A DNA stretch of 64,000 nt from Candidatus Iainarchaeum sp. GTDB lineage: Archaea; Iainarchaeota; Iainarchaeia; Iainarchaeales; JAZDDZ01. The notes beneath the pieces were generated by a model. It did not search any database and had not been told where the DNA came from. It saw nothing but the letters and a program-made list of their open reading frames with translations. Below are positions 9,578 through 18,846 of the stretch, piece after piece. The first letter of the stretch is position 1. Every line of letters starts with the position of its first letter. Made by a program: the position numbers and the translations under genes. The stretch covers positions 32,001 through 96,000 of the forward strand of contig JAZDDZ010000054.1 in the NCBI GenBank assembly GCA_043809245.1, read 5' to 3'.

Positions 9578-10387
9578 ATGGCATTGAAAGCGGTTGTGCA
9601 TTCCCTGGATGGAAAGGAATTGAAGGAGATAAGCCTGCCGGAGGCATTTGAAGCGGAGATAGATGAAGCGCTCATCAAGAGAGCCGTGCTTTCAATTCAG
9701 AGCGCGAGGGTGCAGAGGAAAGGCGCAAGCCATGCAGCGGGAAGGGATTACGCGATATTCTTCTCTGCGCTGAGGTCAAAGCCAAGCATGTACCGCGTAA
9801 TAAACACCGAGCATGCAAGGCTGCCTAGGCTGAAAAACAGGCGCTATCCCCTGAGCGGAAGGGTTGCCGGGGTTTCGCATGCAGTTAAGGGAACAAGGGC
9901 GCACCCCCTGAAGCCGGAAAAGAATCCAGCGGAAAAAATAAACAAAAAAGAGAAAAAAAAGGCAACTGCTTCAGCGATTGCGGCAACTGCAAAGCCCGAG
10001 CTTGTGAAGAAAAGGGGGCATTTGTTTGCAAAGGACACAAGGCTTCCGTTGGTTGTGGAGGACAAATTCGAGGAATTGAAGAAGACAAGGGAAGTCGTGC
10101 ACGCGCTTGAAAAGCTTAACTTGTTTGAAGACGTGGAGAAAGTGAAAAAGAAGAAGAAAAAGGTGCGCGCGGGAAAGGGAAAAAAGCGCGGAAGAAAATA
10201 CAAGGGCGGCAAAAGTGTTTTGATTGTAACGGGAAAAAACGCCTCTGTTTTCAATGCCGCGAGAAACCTGCCTGGAGTGGAGATAGTCGAGGCAAGGAAT
10301 CTGAACGCGGAACTTTTGGCGCCGGGAGCGGTTCCTGGAAGGCTAACGCTTTGGACAGAGAGCGCATTGAAGTTTTTGGGAAAGTGA
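9578..10387 (+). CDS. rpl4: 50S ribosomal protein L4 (uL4)
   Basis: KVRAGKGKKRGRKY, RNLPGVE, LAPG..PGRLTLWT; operon position. Confidence 0.97.
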   Translation: MALKAVVHSLDGKELKEISLPEAFEAEIDEALIKRAVLSIQSARVQRKGASHAAGRDYAIFFSALRSKPSMYRVINTEHARLPRLKNRRYPLSGRVAGVSHAVKGTRAHPLKPEKNPAEKINKKEKKKATASAIAATAKPELVKKRGHLFAKDTRLPLVVEDKFEELKKTREVVHALEKLNLFEDVEKVKKKKKKVRAGKGKKRGRKYKGGKSVLIVTGKNASVFNAARNLPGVEIVEARNLNAELLAPGAVPGRLTLWTESALKFLGK

Positions 10388-10393
10388 ATGTAA

Positions 10394-10846
10394 ATGGCTG
10401 CGAAAAAAGAAGGGAAAAAGAAGGAACACGAGGGCAAGGGAAAGCCCGCGCAGAAAAAGGAAAAAAAGGCGGAGAAAAAAACAGCCACTGCAAAAAAAGA
10501 GGAAGCGAAAAAGGTTGCGATTGAGAAAAAGGAGATTGTGGAGAAAGTGAAGGAGGAAGCGAAAAAGATTTCCATTGAAGAGCAGCTTAATGCGCTTGAA
10601 ATTTTAAAGTACCCCTTGATTTCGGAGAAAGCGGTTAACATGATTGAATCCGAGAACAAGCTTTGCTTTATAGTTGACCAGCGGGCTTCAAAGGCGGATG
10701 TAAAGAAAGCCGTTGAAGGGCTTTACGCTGTAAAGGTTGACAGGGTTAACATTATTCACGACATGAGGGCGAGAAAAAAGGCCTTGGTGAAAATAAACAA
10801 GGCATTCAAGGCGCAGGATGTTGCTACAAAACTTGGTGTATTGTAA
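10394..10846 (+). CDS. rpl23: 50S ribosomal protein L23 (uL23) with Lys/Glu-rich N-terminal extension
   Basis: ILKYPLISEKA...ENKL.FIVD..A.K..VK.AVE.LY.VKV..VN. Confidence 0.96.
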   Translation: MAAKKEGKKKEHEGKGKPAQKKEKKAEKKTATAKKEEAKKVAIEKKEIVEKVKEEAKKISIEEQLNALEILKYPLISEKAVNMIESENKLCFIVDQRASKADVKKAVEGLYAVKVDRVNIIHDMRARKKALVKINKAFKAQDVATKLGVL

Positions 10847-11572
10847 ATGGCAAAGAGAATAAAGTCCCAGAGGGCTGGAAAGGGAAGCCCGACGTTCATG
10901 GCGACAAAGAACGGAGTAGCGGACATCAAGTACATTACGGTTGGAGAAAAGCAGAGGGACGGAGTGTTAAAGGGAGAGGTAATTGACTTGGTTAACGACC
11001 CCGGAAGGACAAGTGTTCTCGCAAAAATAGTGTTCGAGGACGGAAGAGAGGAGTTTGTGATTGCTGCAGAGGGATTAGGTGTCGGCGACAGGATAGCGTA
11101 CGGCAGGAAAGCAGGCCTTGCCATTGGAAATGTTTTGCCTTTAGGTGAATTGGTTGAAGGAGCACCTGTGTTCAACATAGAGAAAGAAATGGGTGATGGG
11201 GGAAGGATTGCCCGCGCCTCGGGGCTTTATGCTTTGATTATGGCAAAGGACAAGGCAGGGGTAAGCGTTAAATTGCCTTCCGGCAAAATAATTGTTCTGC
11301 CGCACGAGTCCAGGGCGACTGTTGGATGCTGCGCCGCCGGGGGAAGGCCTGAAAAGCCCTTGCTTAAGGCCGGAAGCAACTGGCATAAGTTTCACGCGCG
11401 CGGCCACAAGTATCCGGGAGTACGCGGCGTTGCACAGAACCCATTGTCGCATCCATTTGGCGGTTACCAGCATCATCCTGGAAAGTCAAAGAGCACTTCA
11501 AGGCACGCTCCGCCCGGAAGAAAAGTGGGAGCGATTGCATCAAAGAGGACTGGAAGGAGAAAAAAGAATTAA
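10847..11572 (+). CDS. rpl2: 50S ribosomal protein L2 (uL2)
   Basis: DPGRT, PGVRGVAQNP..HPFGG..HH.GK, APPGRKVG.IA.KRTG. Confidence 0.98.
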   Translation: MAKRIKSQRAGKGSPTFMATKNGVADIKYITVGEKQRDGVLKGEVIDLVNDPGRTSVLAKIVFEDGREEFVIAAEGLGVGDRIAYGRKAGLAIGNVLPLGELVEGAPVFNIEKEMGDGGRIARASGLYALIMAKDKAGVSVKLPSGKIIVLPHESRATVGCCAAGGRPEKPLLKAGSNWHKFHARGHKYPGVRGVAQNPLSHPFGGYQHHPGKSKSTSRHAPPGRKVGAIASKRTGRRKKN

Positions 11573-11582
11573 AGGTGAATGA

Positions 11583-11987
11583 ATGGCAAAACAGTTTACT
11601 TTCCGCGGAAAAACAATCGAGGAACTCAATGCGTTAAGCATAGAGGAGTTCTCAAAGCTCGTCACGTCAAGGGCGAGAAGGACGCTTAAGAGAAAGGACT
11701 TCAAAAAGTTCCTGAAGAAAATCGAGAAGGCAAGGCAGGCAAAGGCAGGCGGAAAGGATGTCAAGCCAGTGAAAACGCACAGGCGCGACACAATTGTTGT
11801 TCCTGCAATGGTGGGATTGAAGGTCGGCATTCACGCCGGAAAGGAATTCCAGACAGTTGAAATCACTGAGAAAATGCTTGGGCATTTTTTGGGGGAATTT
11901 GCGCTTACAAGGAAAAGATTGTTGCACGGAAAAGCCGGAATAGGCGCCACAAGGTCAAGCACTGCGCTTGTGTCGGCAAGAGGATAA
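11583..11987 (+). CDS. rps19: 30S ribosomal protein S19 (uS19)
   Basis: FTFRGK..EEL, KTH.RD, M.GH.LGEFALTRK. Confidence 0.97.
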   Translation: MAKQFTFRGKTIEELNALSIEEFSKLVTSRARRTLKRKDFKKFLKKIEKARQAKAGGKDVKPVKTHRRDTIVVPAMVGLKVGIHAGKEFQTVEITEKMLGHFLGEFALTRKRLLHGKAGIGATRSSTALVSARG

Positions 11988-12007
11988 AGAAAAAAACAGT
12001 GAACAAA

Positions 12008-12478
12008 ATGGTGAAGAAAAATTACCAGATAGAGATTCCGAACGAGAAAAAGATAGCGAAAGCAGTTGCCAAGAATGCGCATGCCTCGCTGAAGTATTCA
12101 ACGGAGCTCGTGAGGGAATTGAAGGGGCAAAGGCTTGACAGGTCCATGGAATTCCTGCAGAGGATAATGGAGAAAAAAGAGCATTTGCCTTTAAGGAGAT
12201 ACAAGAAAAAGGTGCCGCACAGGAAAGGCGAAACAAAAAGCTTCACGAAAACAGGCCGCTATCCGGTCAAGACCGCGGGGATTTTTTCAAGCCTTTTGGA
12301 GTCTGTTAAGTCAAACGCGGATTACAAGGGCCTGGACGCGGAGAATTTGCTGATAACGCACATGTTTGTTTCCCAGGGATTTGGAAGGATTGGATACCAG
12401 CCGCAGGGAAGGATTTCGGGAAAGGCAAGGAGAAAAAAGGCGGTTCACTTGGAAGTTGTTGTGACAGAGGCGAAATAA
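12008..12478 (+). CDS. rpl22: 50S ribosomal protein L22 (uL22)
   Basis: S.KYS.E, HRKG, GRYPVK, NA.YKGLD. Confidence 0.96.
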   Translation: MVKKNYQIEIPNEKKIAKAVAKNAHASLKYSTELVRELKGQRLDRSMEFLQRIMEKKEHLPLRRYKKKVPHRKGETKSFTKTGRYPVKTAGIFSSLLESVKSNADYKGLDAENLLITHMFVSQGFGRIGYQPQGRISGKARRKKAVHLEVVVTEAK

Positions 12479-12499
12479 TTTTGTTTATGGGTGAAAGAA

Positions 12500-13399
12500 A
12501 TGATTGAAAAGATTTTCATTGAGCAGGGAGTTAAAAGAGTGGAATTGGAGGAGTTCTTGAAGAAAGAGCTTGACCGAGCCGGCTTCACAAAGTCGGAGAT
12601 ACAGAAGACTCCGCTTGTAACGCGCATTATAGTCAATGTCACAAGGCCCGGGCTTGCGATTGGGAAAAGCGGCGCAAACATAAGGCAGTTGACTGAGATA
12701 ATCCATTCAAGGTTTGGAATTGAAAACCCGCAGCTTGAAATAAAGGAGATAACAAAGCCGGAGCTTGACGCAGCCGCAATGGTTAACAGGCTCAAGGCGC
12801 TTATTGAGCGAGGGCATTCATGGAGAAGCATTGCATACAGGGTGGTAAATGACATTTCGATGGCTGGAGCGCAGGGCGTTGAATTGGTTGTTTCCGGAAA
12901 GCTCACGGGAAAAGGCGGAAGGAAGAAAAGGGTCAGGATAGCGCAGGGATACATGAAGAAAGTCGGCGACCAGGCTTCGCTTGTTGATTATGCAAAGACA
13001 ACGGCATATCCAAAGCCGGGTGCGATTGGGATAAAGCTAAAGCTTGTCAGGCCGGAAACAATTTTCCCGGACAAGGTTAATATTATTGAAATCATCAGGG
13101 CGAAAAAGGCAGCTGACTTCAAGGCAGCCAAGGCGCAGGAAGATAAAAAAGAGGAAGGCGCGGAGGCGGCCGAAGAAGGGAAAACCGAAGTGAAGGCAGC
13201 GGAAAAAAAAGAAGAGAAAGACGGAAAAAAGGACGCAGAGAAAAAGCACGAGGGAAAAAAAGAAGAAAAGCCCGCGGAAAAAAAACACGTTGAGAAGGCG
13301 GAGCACGAAAAGAAAGCCGAAGACAAAAAGCACGGGAAAAAAGAAGAGAAAGCCGAAAAAAAGAACGGGAAAGAAAAAGGAAAGGGCAAGGAAAAGTAA
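12500..13399 (+). CDS. rps3: 30S ribosomal protein S3 (uS3) with long Lys/Glu tail
   Basis: RAGF, RPGLAIGKSG.NI, GAQGVE.VVSGKL, K.G.IGIK. Confidence 0.97.
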   Translation: MIEKIFIEQGVKRVELEEFLKKELDRAGFTKSEIQKTPLVTRIIVNVTRPGLAIGKSGANIRQLTEIIHSRFGIENPQLEIKEITKPELDAAAMVNRLKALIERGHSWRSIAYRVVNDISMAGAQGVELVVSGKLTGKGGRKKRVRIAQGYMKKVGDQASLVDYAKTTAYPKPGAIGIKLKLVRPETIFPDKVNIIEIIRAKKAADFKAAKAQEDKKEEGAEAAEEGKTEVKAAEKKEEKDGKKDAEKKHEGKKEEKPAEKKHVEKAEHEKKAEDKKHGKKEEKAEKKNGKEKGKGKEK

Positions 13400-13424
13400 T
13401 GCAAAAAAAAGTGAGTGATTGTTT

Positions 13425-13658
13425 ATGGCTGCGGTGAAGAAAAAGGATTTGAGGGAAATGCCGAAAGCGGAACTAGAGGAAAAGCTTGCGGAGATAAGCA
13501 TGGAGCTTGCAAAGGAAAGGGCAATGCTTGCCTCGGGAACAAGGCCTGAAAAGCCCGCGAAAATAAAGCAGTTAAGGAAAGGCATTGCAAGGATTAAGAC
13601 TTTCCTGCACCAGAAAAAAATGGGTGAAGGAAATAAAAAGGATAAAGCAAAGGAGTGA
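13425..13658 (+). CDS. rpl29: 50S ribosomal protein L29 (uL29)
   Basis: LREM...EL...L.E...ELAKER, KIK.LRK.IARIKT. Confidence 0.95.
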   Translation: MAAVKKKDLREMPKAELEEKLAEISMELAKERAMLASGTRPEKPAKIKQLRKGIARIKTFLHQKKMGEGNKKDKAKE

Positions 13659-13969
13659 CCAAGGGAATGAAGGATATCTGTGAGAAATGCGGCCTGCCAA
13701 AAAACATCTGTGTCTGCGAGGAAATCGAAAAGGAAACGCAGAAAATCAGGATTAGGACGCTTTCAAGGAGATTCGGGAAAATCGTCACAATCGTAAGTGG
13801 CCTTACGGACAAGGAGCAGGCAAAAGAGCTCGAGAAGACGCTGAAAAGAAAGCTTGCGTGCGGCGGAACATTAAAGGGAAGCGAAATAGTATTGCAGGGC
13901 GAACACAGGAAAAAAGTCAACGAAATATTGCTAAAGGAAGGGTTCAAACAGGAGTTGATTGAAGCATAA
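13655..13969 (+). CDS. sui1: Translation initiation factor SUI1/aIF1
   Basis: C.KCGLP...CVCE, LKRKLACGGT.K...I.LQGEH. Confidence 0.95.
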   Translation: MTKGMKDICEKCGLPKNICVCEEIEKETQKIRIRTLSRRFGKIVTIVSGLTDKEQAKELEKTLKRKLACGGTLKGSEIVLQGEHRKKVNEILLKEGFKQELIEA

Positions 13970-13999
13970 AAAATTTTGGTAACTTGTGAAGTGGTTTTT

Positions 14000-14311
14000 A
14001 TGGCTGTGAAAGGAAAAGGATATGAAATCAATGCGCGGAATTTGCTTGCGCATGAATTGATTGGCCTGCAGGCAGAGGTAATCGAAAGCACCGACAGGGG
14101 AAGAAAGGGAATCAAAGGCCGGGTTGTTGATGAGACAATGAACGTGCTTGTTGTTGAAACCGTGAAAGGGGAGAAAAAGGTTCCGAAAAAAGAGGCAGGG
14201 TTTGTTTTTGACCTTGAAGGGGAAAAGGCGTTTGTAGAGGGCGCATTGCTTTTGGCAAGGCCGGAGGACAGGGTCAAGGTTTTTGTGAAAAAATTCAAAA
14301 AGGCATTTTGA
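14000..14311 (+). CDS. rnp1: RNase P protein Rpp29/POP4
   Basis: HELIGL, GI.G.VVDET.N, PK...F.F, RPEDR; conserved operon slot. Confidence 0.93.
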   Translation: MAVKGKGYEINARNLLAHELIGLQAEVIESTDRGRKGIKGRVVDETMNVLVVETVKGEKKVPKKEAGFVFDLEGEKAFVEGALLLARPEDRVKVFVKKFKKAF

Positions 14312-14338
14312 GGTCGGAAAAAATTTGAGGTTGTAAAA

Positions 14339-14767
14339 ATGGCGAAAGATGAAAATAAGGGAAACGCGGTAAAATGCAGTGACGTGAAATGCGCGCTGCA
14401 CGGAAGCCTTAAAGTGAGGGGAAACCTTTTCACGGGAAAGGTCGTGAGCGCAAAGGCGGAAAAGACAGTTGTAGTTGAGAGGGAGATAATGCACTTTGTG
14501 CACAAATACGAGAGGTATAAGAAGACGGTTTCAAGGATTGCGGCTTACAACCCAAAATGCATTGATGCAAAGGAAAACGACATAGTTAAAATCGGGGAGA
14601 CAAGAAGGCTAAGCAAGACAAAGAGCTTTGTAGTGCTTGAAAAAATCGGCCACGCAAAGGACATAAGAAGGGAAGAGGCATTCTTTGGCGGAAGCAAAGG
14701 CGAAAAAGAATCAGCAGAAGAGGCCGTGGAAGAAAAGGAAAGCGAAAGGGAAGTTGATGAAAAATGA
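14339..14767 (+). CDS. rps17: 30S ribosomal protein S17 (uS17)
   Basis: C.D.KC..HG.L.VRG, KYERY.K, IGETR.LSKTKSFVV. Confidence 0.97.
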   Translation: MAKDENKGNAVKCSDVKCALHGSLKVRGNLFTGKVVSAKAEKTVVVEREIMHFVHKYERYKKTVSRIAAYNPKCIDAKENDIVKIGETRRLSKTKSFVVLEKIGHAKDIRREEAFFGGSKGEKESAEEAVEEKESEREVDEK

Positions 14768-15162
14768 AGGCGATTAATGCGACTCCAACGCAAGGGTTGA
14801 TGCAGAAAAGCAGGCTTTTGTGCGCTGACAACAGCGGTGCAAAGGAAGTGGAAATAATCAGCGTTATCGGCTATCATGCGAGGAAAAGGCAGAGCCAGAT
14901 GGCGGGCATTGCATCGATGGTTAATGTCGTGGTAAAGAAAGGAAAGCCGGAGATAAGGAAGAAAGTTGAAAGGGCGGTTGTGGTTCGAGTGAGAATGCCT
15001 TACAGGAGAAGTGACGGGACAAGGGTTTGCTTTGAGGATAATGCAGCAGTAATAGTGGATGAGAAAGGCATTCCAAAGGCATCTGAAGTGAAAGGCGTTG
15101 TTGCAAGAGAAGTAGGGGAGAGGTGGCCGAAAGTGGCCGGGCTTGCTTCCGCGGTTGTTTGA
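14764..15162 (+). CDS. rpl14: 50S ribosomal protein L14 (uL14)
   Basis: CADNSGAK, VKKGKPE.RK, FEDNAAVIV. Confidence 0.98.
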   Translation: MKAINATPTQGLMQKSRLLCADNSGAKEVEIISVIGYHARKRQSQMAGIASMVNVVVKKGKPEIRKKVERAVVVRVRMPYRRSDGTRVCFEDNAAVIVDEKGIPKASEVKGVVAREVGERWPKVAGLASAVV

Positions 15163-15174
15163 GGTTGAAGATTT

Positions 15175-15615
15175 ATGAATATTGAAAGCGCTAAACCGAA
15201 AAAGCAGAGGAAATTCAAGGCAATGCTGCCGCTTCACCTTAAAAGAAAGCAGCTCAGCAGCCATTTAAGCAAGGAGTTAAGGAAGGGAATTGGAAGGAGA
15301 GCTGTTGAGGCAAGGAAAGGCGACAAGGCAAAGGTTTTGCGCGGTGACTTCAGGGGAAAAGAGGGAAAAATTGTAAGGGTTGACGTTGCAAGGCAGAAGT
15401 TATTCATTGAAAAGCTTGTGAGGAAAAAGGCTGACGGCACGGAAAAGCTTGTTCCATTTAACGCATCGAATCTTTTGCTTGTTGAACTCGAAAGAAGCGA
15501 TGACAGAAGATTCAGGGAAAGGAAAGGCACGGGCAAAATGAATGGCAAAAAGGAAAAAGAAGCAGGCGAAGTTAAAGCTGGAAAAAAAGAAGAAAAAACT
15601 GAAGGGAAGAAATAG
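15175..15615 (+). CDS. rpl24: 50S ribosomal protein L24 (uL24)
   Basis: KP.KQRK, LSKELR, RKGD..KVLRG.F.G.EGK (KOW). Confidence 0.96.
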   Translation: MNIESAKPKKQRKFKAMLPLHLKRKQLSSHLSKELRKGIGRRAVEARKGDKAKVLRGDFRGKEGKIVRVDVARQKLFIEKLVRKKADGTEKLVPFNASNLLLVELERSDDRRFRERKGTGKMNGKKEKEAGEVKAGKKEEKTEGKK

Positions 15616-15627
15616 GAGTTGTAGGGT

Positions 15628-16374
15628 ATGGCTAAGAAAGGTGAAGGGAAAAGCCAGAAAAGGCTGAGCGCGCAGAAGGCAATGTTTTTGCCTAGAAAAG
15701 GAAAGGTTTGGGCGATAAAGGGAAGGCCGGGGCCGCACAGCAGCCAGGCATCAGTGCCATTGGGTTTTGTTTTAAGGGATTTGCTTGGAATCGCGAAGAC
15801 TTTAAAGGAAGCGAAAAAAATCCTTTTAAGCGGCGCAGTGCATGTAAATGGAGTTGTTAGAACCGAGTACAGGCTTCCAGTGGGAATTTTTGACCTCATT
15901 GAATTGCCTGGGGTGAAAAAAGTTTACAGGGCAGTCATTGACTCAAAGCAAAGGATTGCGGTAAGGGTTTTGGATGCAAAAGCCGAGAAGGCAAGGATCT
16001 GCAAGGTCACGGGAAAAAAGACCGCGAAAAAAGGAATGGTGCAATTGACCTTCAATGATGGCACGGTTTTGCTTGAAAAGAAAACAAAGCTGAAATGCAT
16101 GGATTCCGCGAAATTAAGCGTGCCTGAAAAAAAGATTTTGGCAGAACTTGCGTTAAGCGAGGGAAGCCTTGCCTATCTTTTGACTGGAAAATCCGCGGGA
16201 GCTGTCGCAAGAATCAAAAAGATTTTCGAGGCCACGATGAGAAAGCCGAGAGTAGTCGAGCTTGAGCAGGGAAAAAATGTTTTCCAGACAAACGCGGAAA
16301 ACGTGCTTGTGGTCGGAGAAAAAAAATTGGAGATTGACTTGGGAATAGAGGAAGAAAAAAATAAAAGGGAATGA
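15628..16374 (+). CDS. rps4e: 30S ribosomal protein S4e (eS4)
   Basis: PGPH....PL..VLRD.L, V.VNG.VR...R.PVG.FD. Confidence 0.95.
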   Translation: MAKKGEGKSQKRLSAQKAMFLPRKGKVWAIKGRPGPHSSQASVPLGFVLRDLLGIAKTLKEAKKILLSGAVHVNGVVRTEYRLPVGIFDLIELPGVKKVYRAVIDSKQRIAVRVLDAKAEKARICKVTGKKTAKKGMVQLTFNDGTVLLEKKTKLKCMDSAKLSVPEKKILAELALSEGSLAYLLTGKSAGAVARIKKIFEATMRKPRVVELEQGKNVFQTNAENVLVVGEKKLEIDLGIEEEKNKRE

Positions 16375-16380
16375 AAGAAC

Positions 16381-16902
16381 ATGGGCGAAAGCAACAACCA
16401 CATGAGGGAAATAGAGATTGAAAAGGTCACGGTAAACATGGGTGTTGGCCAGACAGGGCAGGAACTCGACAAGGCATGCACTATCCTTGAGAACATCACG
16501 GGAATGAAGCCATTGAGGACTTCATGCAAGGTCAGGATTCCGACCTGGGGTATAAGGGAAGGCCTGCTTATCGGCGCGAAGGTTACCTTGCGCGGAAAAA
16601 AAGCCGAGGAATTCCTTAAAAAGGCATTGAATGCAAAGGACAATTCGGTTAAGGGGAAAAGCTTTGACCAGAAAGGAAACTTTGGCTTTGGGGTAAAGGA
16701 GCATATTGACATGCCGGGAGTAAAATACGACCCAAAGTTAGGCATAAGGGGCTTGGATGTGCTTGTTACGCTTAAAAGGCACGGGGGATACAGGCTTAGA
16801 AGGAGAAAAATCGGCAAGAAAAGCATTGGTTCAAGGCACTCATTGAAAAAAGCCGAGGCAATGGAGTTTGTGAAAAAAAAATTTGGGGTTGAAGTGAAAT
16901 GA
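16381..16902 (+). CDS. rpl5: 50S ribosomal protein L5 (uL5)
   Basis: IEKVTVNMGVG, IG.KVTLRG, FD..GNF.FG..EHID.PG.KYDP. Confidence 0.98.
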   Translation: MGESNNHMREIEIEKVTVNMGVGQTGQELDKACTILENITGMKPLRTSCKVRIPTWGIREGLLIGAKVTLRGKKAEEFLKKALNAKDNSVKGKSFDQKGNFGFGVKEHIDMPGVKYDPKLGIRGLDVLVTLKRHGGYRLRRRKIGKKSIGSRHSLKKAEAMEFVKKKFGVEVK

Positions 16903-17063
16903 GCGAAAAAGGAAAACTTGGCTTTGGAAAAACGCAGTCCGCGGGAAAAAAGTGCAGGAGATGCAAGAACAGGCGCGGGCTTATCTCAAAGTATGGAATG
17001 AAGCTTTGCAGGCGCTGCTTCAAGGACGTTGCCTTGCAGATGGGTTTCAAGAAATTCGATTAG
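16899..17063 (+). CDS. rps14: 30S ribosomal protein S14 (uS14, zinc finger), 54 aa, not in the ORF track
   Basis: Manual translation MSEKGKLGFGKTQSAGKKCRRCKNRRGLISKYGMKLCRRCFKDVALQMGFKKFD*. Confidence 0.95.
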   Translation: MSEKGKLGFGKTQSAGKKCRRCKNRRGLISKYGMKLCRRCFKDVALQMGFKKFD

Positions 17064-17075
17064 TGAGATTAATGA

Positions 17076-17154
17076 AAGATTTAGGAAAAATATATAGAGG
17101 AAGGGAATCGGGAGGAACCTGGAACTGAAGGGAAACCTAGGTTTCCCTGCGGTT
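17076..17154 (+). repeat. Dispersed 79-bp hairpin element, copy A (rps14-rps8)
   Basis: AAGATTTAGGAAAAATATATAGAGGAAGGGAATCGGGAGGAACCTGGAACTGAAGGGAAACCTAGGTTTCCCTGCGGTT; perfect 20-bp palindrome at 17129-17148. Confidence 0.85.
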
Positions 17155-17157
17155 CGG

Positions 17158-17181
17158 ATGGGGTTCAAAAAATTTGACTGA
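17158..17181 (+). repeat. Recoded duplicate of the rps14 3' end (MGFKKFD*)
   Basis: ATG GGG TTC AAA AAA TTT GAC TGA versus ATG GGT TTC AAG AAA TTC GAT TAG at 17040-17063. Confidence 0.8.
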
Positions 17182-17203
17182 ATTTGGAGTTTGTGGAGAG
17201 TGA

Positions 17204-17602
17204 ATGAGAATGACATTGGTTGACCCGATTGCTGACGCGCTAGTCAACATAAAGAACCACGAGAATGCCTCGAAAAAACTATGCATTGTCAGGCCTGCGG
17301 CAAAGCTTTTGGGCGAAATACTGCGCGTCATGCAGGAGCAGGGCTACATCAGCACCTACGAGTTCGTTGATGATGGAAGGGAGGGCCTTTACAAGATAAA
17401 CCTTATGGGAAAAATAAACGAGTGCAAGGCAATCAAGCCCCGGTACGCAGTCAGGAAAAACGAGTTTGAAAGATACGAGAAAAGGTATCTTCCCGCAAAA
17501 GACGTGGGCTCGTTGATTGTGAGCACCCCCCGCGGGGTTATGACGCACAATGGCGCAAAGGAAAAGGAAATCGGCGGAAGGCTGATAGCTTACATTTACT
17601 GA
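17204..17602 (+). CDS. rps8: 30S ribosomal protein S8 (uS8)
   Basis: DPIADAL..IKN.E, G.IN.C.AIKPR, IVST..GVMTH, GG.LIAY.Y. Confidence 0.98.
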   Translation: MRMTLVDPIADALVNIKNHENASKKLCIVRPAAKLLGEILRVMQEQGYISTYEFVDDGREGLYKINLMGKINECKAIKPRYAVRKNEFERYEKRYLPAKDVGSLIVSTPRGVMTHNGAKEKEIGGRLIAYIY

Positions 17603-17631
17603 ATGAAAAAAATTGATGGAAAAGTGGGATT

Positions 17632-18195
17632 ATGGAAGACTTTGAAAGGAAAATCAGCTTGCCGGAAGGATTTGAGGCTTCGGCTGAGGGAAGCAAGATG
17701 ACTGTCGGCTTCAAGGGAAAACAACTGGTTAAGGACTTCCACGCGCAATCGCTTTCATTCGATGTAAAGGGAAAAGAAATAGTGGTTTCAATCGCGAACG
17801 GAAAGGCAAAGAAAAGGGATTTGGCTGTGTTGAACGCAGTAAATTCCGAGATAAACAACATGCTTGCAGGGTTGTCAAAGGGATTCGAGTACAAGTTAGA
17901 GGTCGTGTACGCGCACTTCCCGATGAACATCAGTGTCAAGGAAAAAGTTGTGGAAATAAGCAATCTCTGCGGAAGCAAGATGGTCAGAAGGGCGGCAATT
18001 GTCGGTGAAACAAAGGTAGAGATAAAGGGAAAAGAGATATTTGTCAGGGGCGCGGACAAGGAAGCCGCAGGGCAGACAGCGGCAAACATAGAGCAGGCAA
18101 CAAGGCTGTCGGGAAAAGACGTAAGGGTATTCAACGACGGCATTTACATTGTTTCAAAGCCGCATGTTTCAATTGAAGAGCGTGAAAAGAAATGA
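17632..18195 (+). CDS. rpl6: 50S ribosomal protein L6 (uL6)
   Basis: GF.YKL.VVYAHFP, AGQTAANIEQAT, D.RVF.DGIYI. Confidence 0.97.
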   Translation: MEDFERKISLPEGFEASAEGSKMTVGFKGKQLVKDFHAQSLSFDVKGKEIVVSIANGKAKKRDLAVLNAVNSEINNMLAGLSKGFEYKLEVVYAHFPMNISVKEKVVEISNLCGSKMVRRAAIVGETKVEIKGKEIFVRGADKEAAGQTAANIEQATRLSGKDVRVFNDGIYIVSKPHVSIEEREKK

Positions 18196-18821
18196 CTGAA
18201 AAAAAATCTGTGAAGAAAGCGGAAAAGCCGAAGGCAAAGAATGCCGTGAAAAAAGAAGAGAAAAAGGCGGCTGTGGAAAAAGTGCACGAAAAAAAAGAGC
18301 ACAATGAAGCCGCAAAGCAAGTTGAGGAAAAAAAAGAGGCTGCAAAAGAGTCTTTGGGAAAAGGAAAAGATGCAAAGGAAGCAAAGGGAAAAAAGGCGAA
18401 GAAAGAAAAGCCGTCAAAGCCCAAGGCAAAAGGCAGGGGCAAAGGGCTTTCGGAAGAGGTTAAAAAGCTGAGGAAACAAATCGCCAGAAAAAAACTGCCT
18501 TCATTCAGGGGCAGGTTCGGCGAAAGGGGAAGGACAAGGAAGATAAGCAGGGAGAAATTCATGAAGTGGAGGAAGCCGCGCGGCATTGACATTAAGTTCA
18601 AGCAAGAGGACGGCGCGCTTCCAAGGACTGGTTACAAGGCCCCGAGAGAGATAAGGTTTTTGCATCCCTCGGGTTTCAGGGAAGCCCTTGTTTCAAATGC
18701 AATGCAGCTTGAAATGTTTGAAAAGAATGTGGTTGCAAGGATTGCGGGAACAGTTGGAGAAAAGAAGAGAAGGGAAATTGTGAAGAAAGCCAAGGAATTG
18801 GGTGTGAGGCTGCTTAATTGA
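18192..18821 (+). CDS. rpl32e: 50S ribosomal protein L32e with Lys/Glu N-terminal extension
   Basis: KWRKPRGID, GY..P..IR.LHPSG.RE.LV.N, VG.KKR..I. Confidence 0.95.
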   Translation: MTEKKSVKKAEKPKAKNAVKKEEKKAAVEKVHEKKEHNEAAKQVEEKKEAAKESLGKGKDAKEAKGKKAKKEKPSKPKAKGRGKGLSEEVKKLRKQIARKKLPSFRGRFGERGRTRKISREKFMKWRKPRGIDIKFKQEDGALPRTGYKAPREIRFLHPSGFREALVSNAMQLEMFEKNVVARIAGTVGEKKRREIVKKAKELGVRLLN

Positions 18822-18846
18822 TTTGCGCTTTGAAAAGGTGTGAAAG

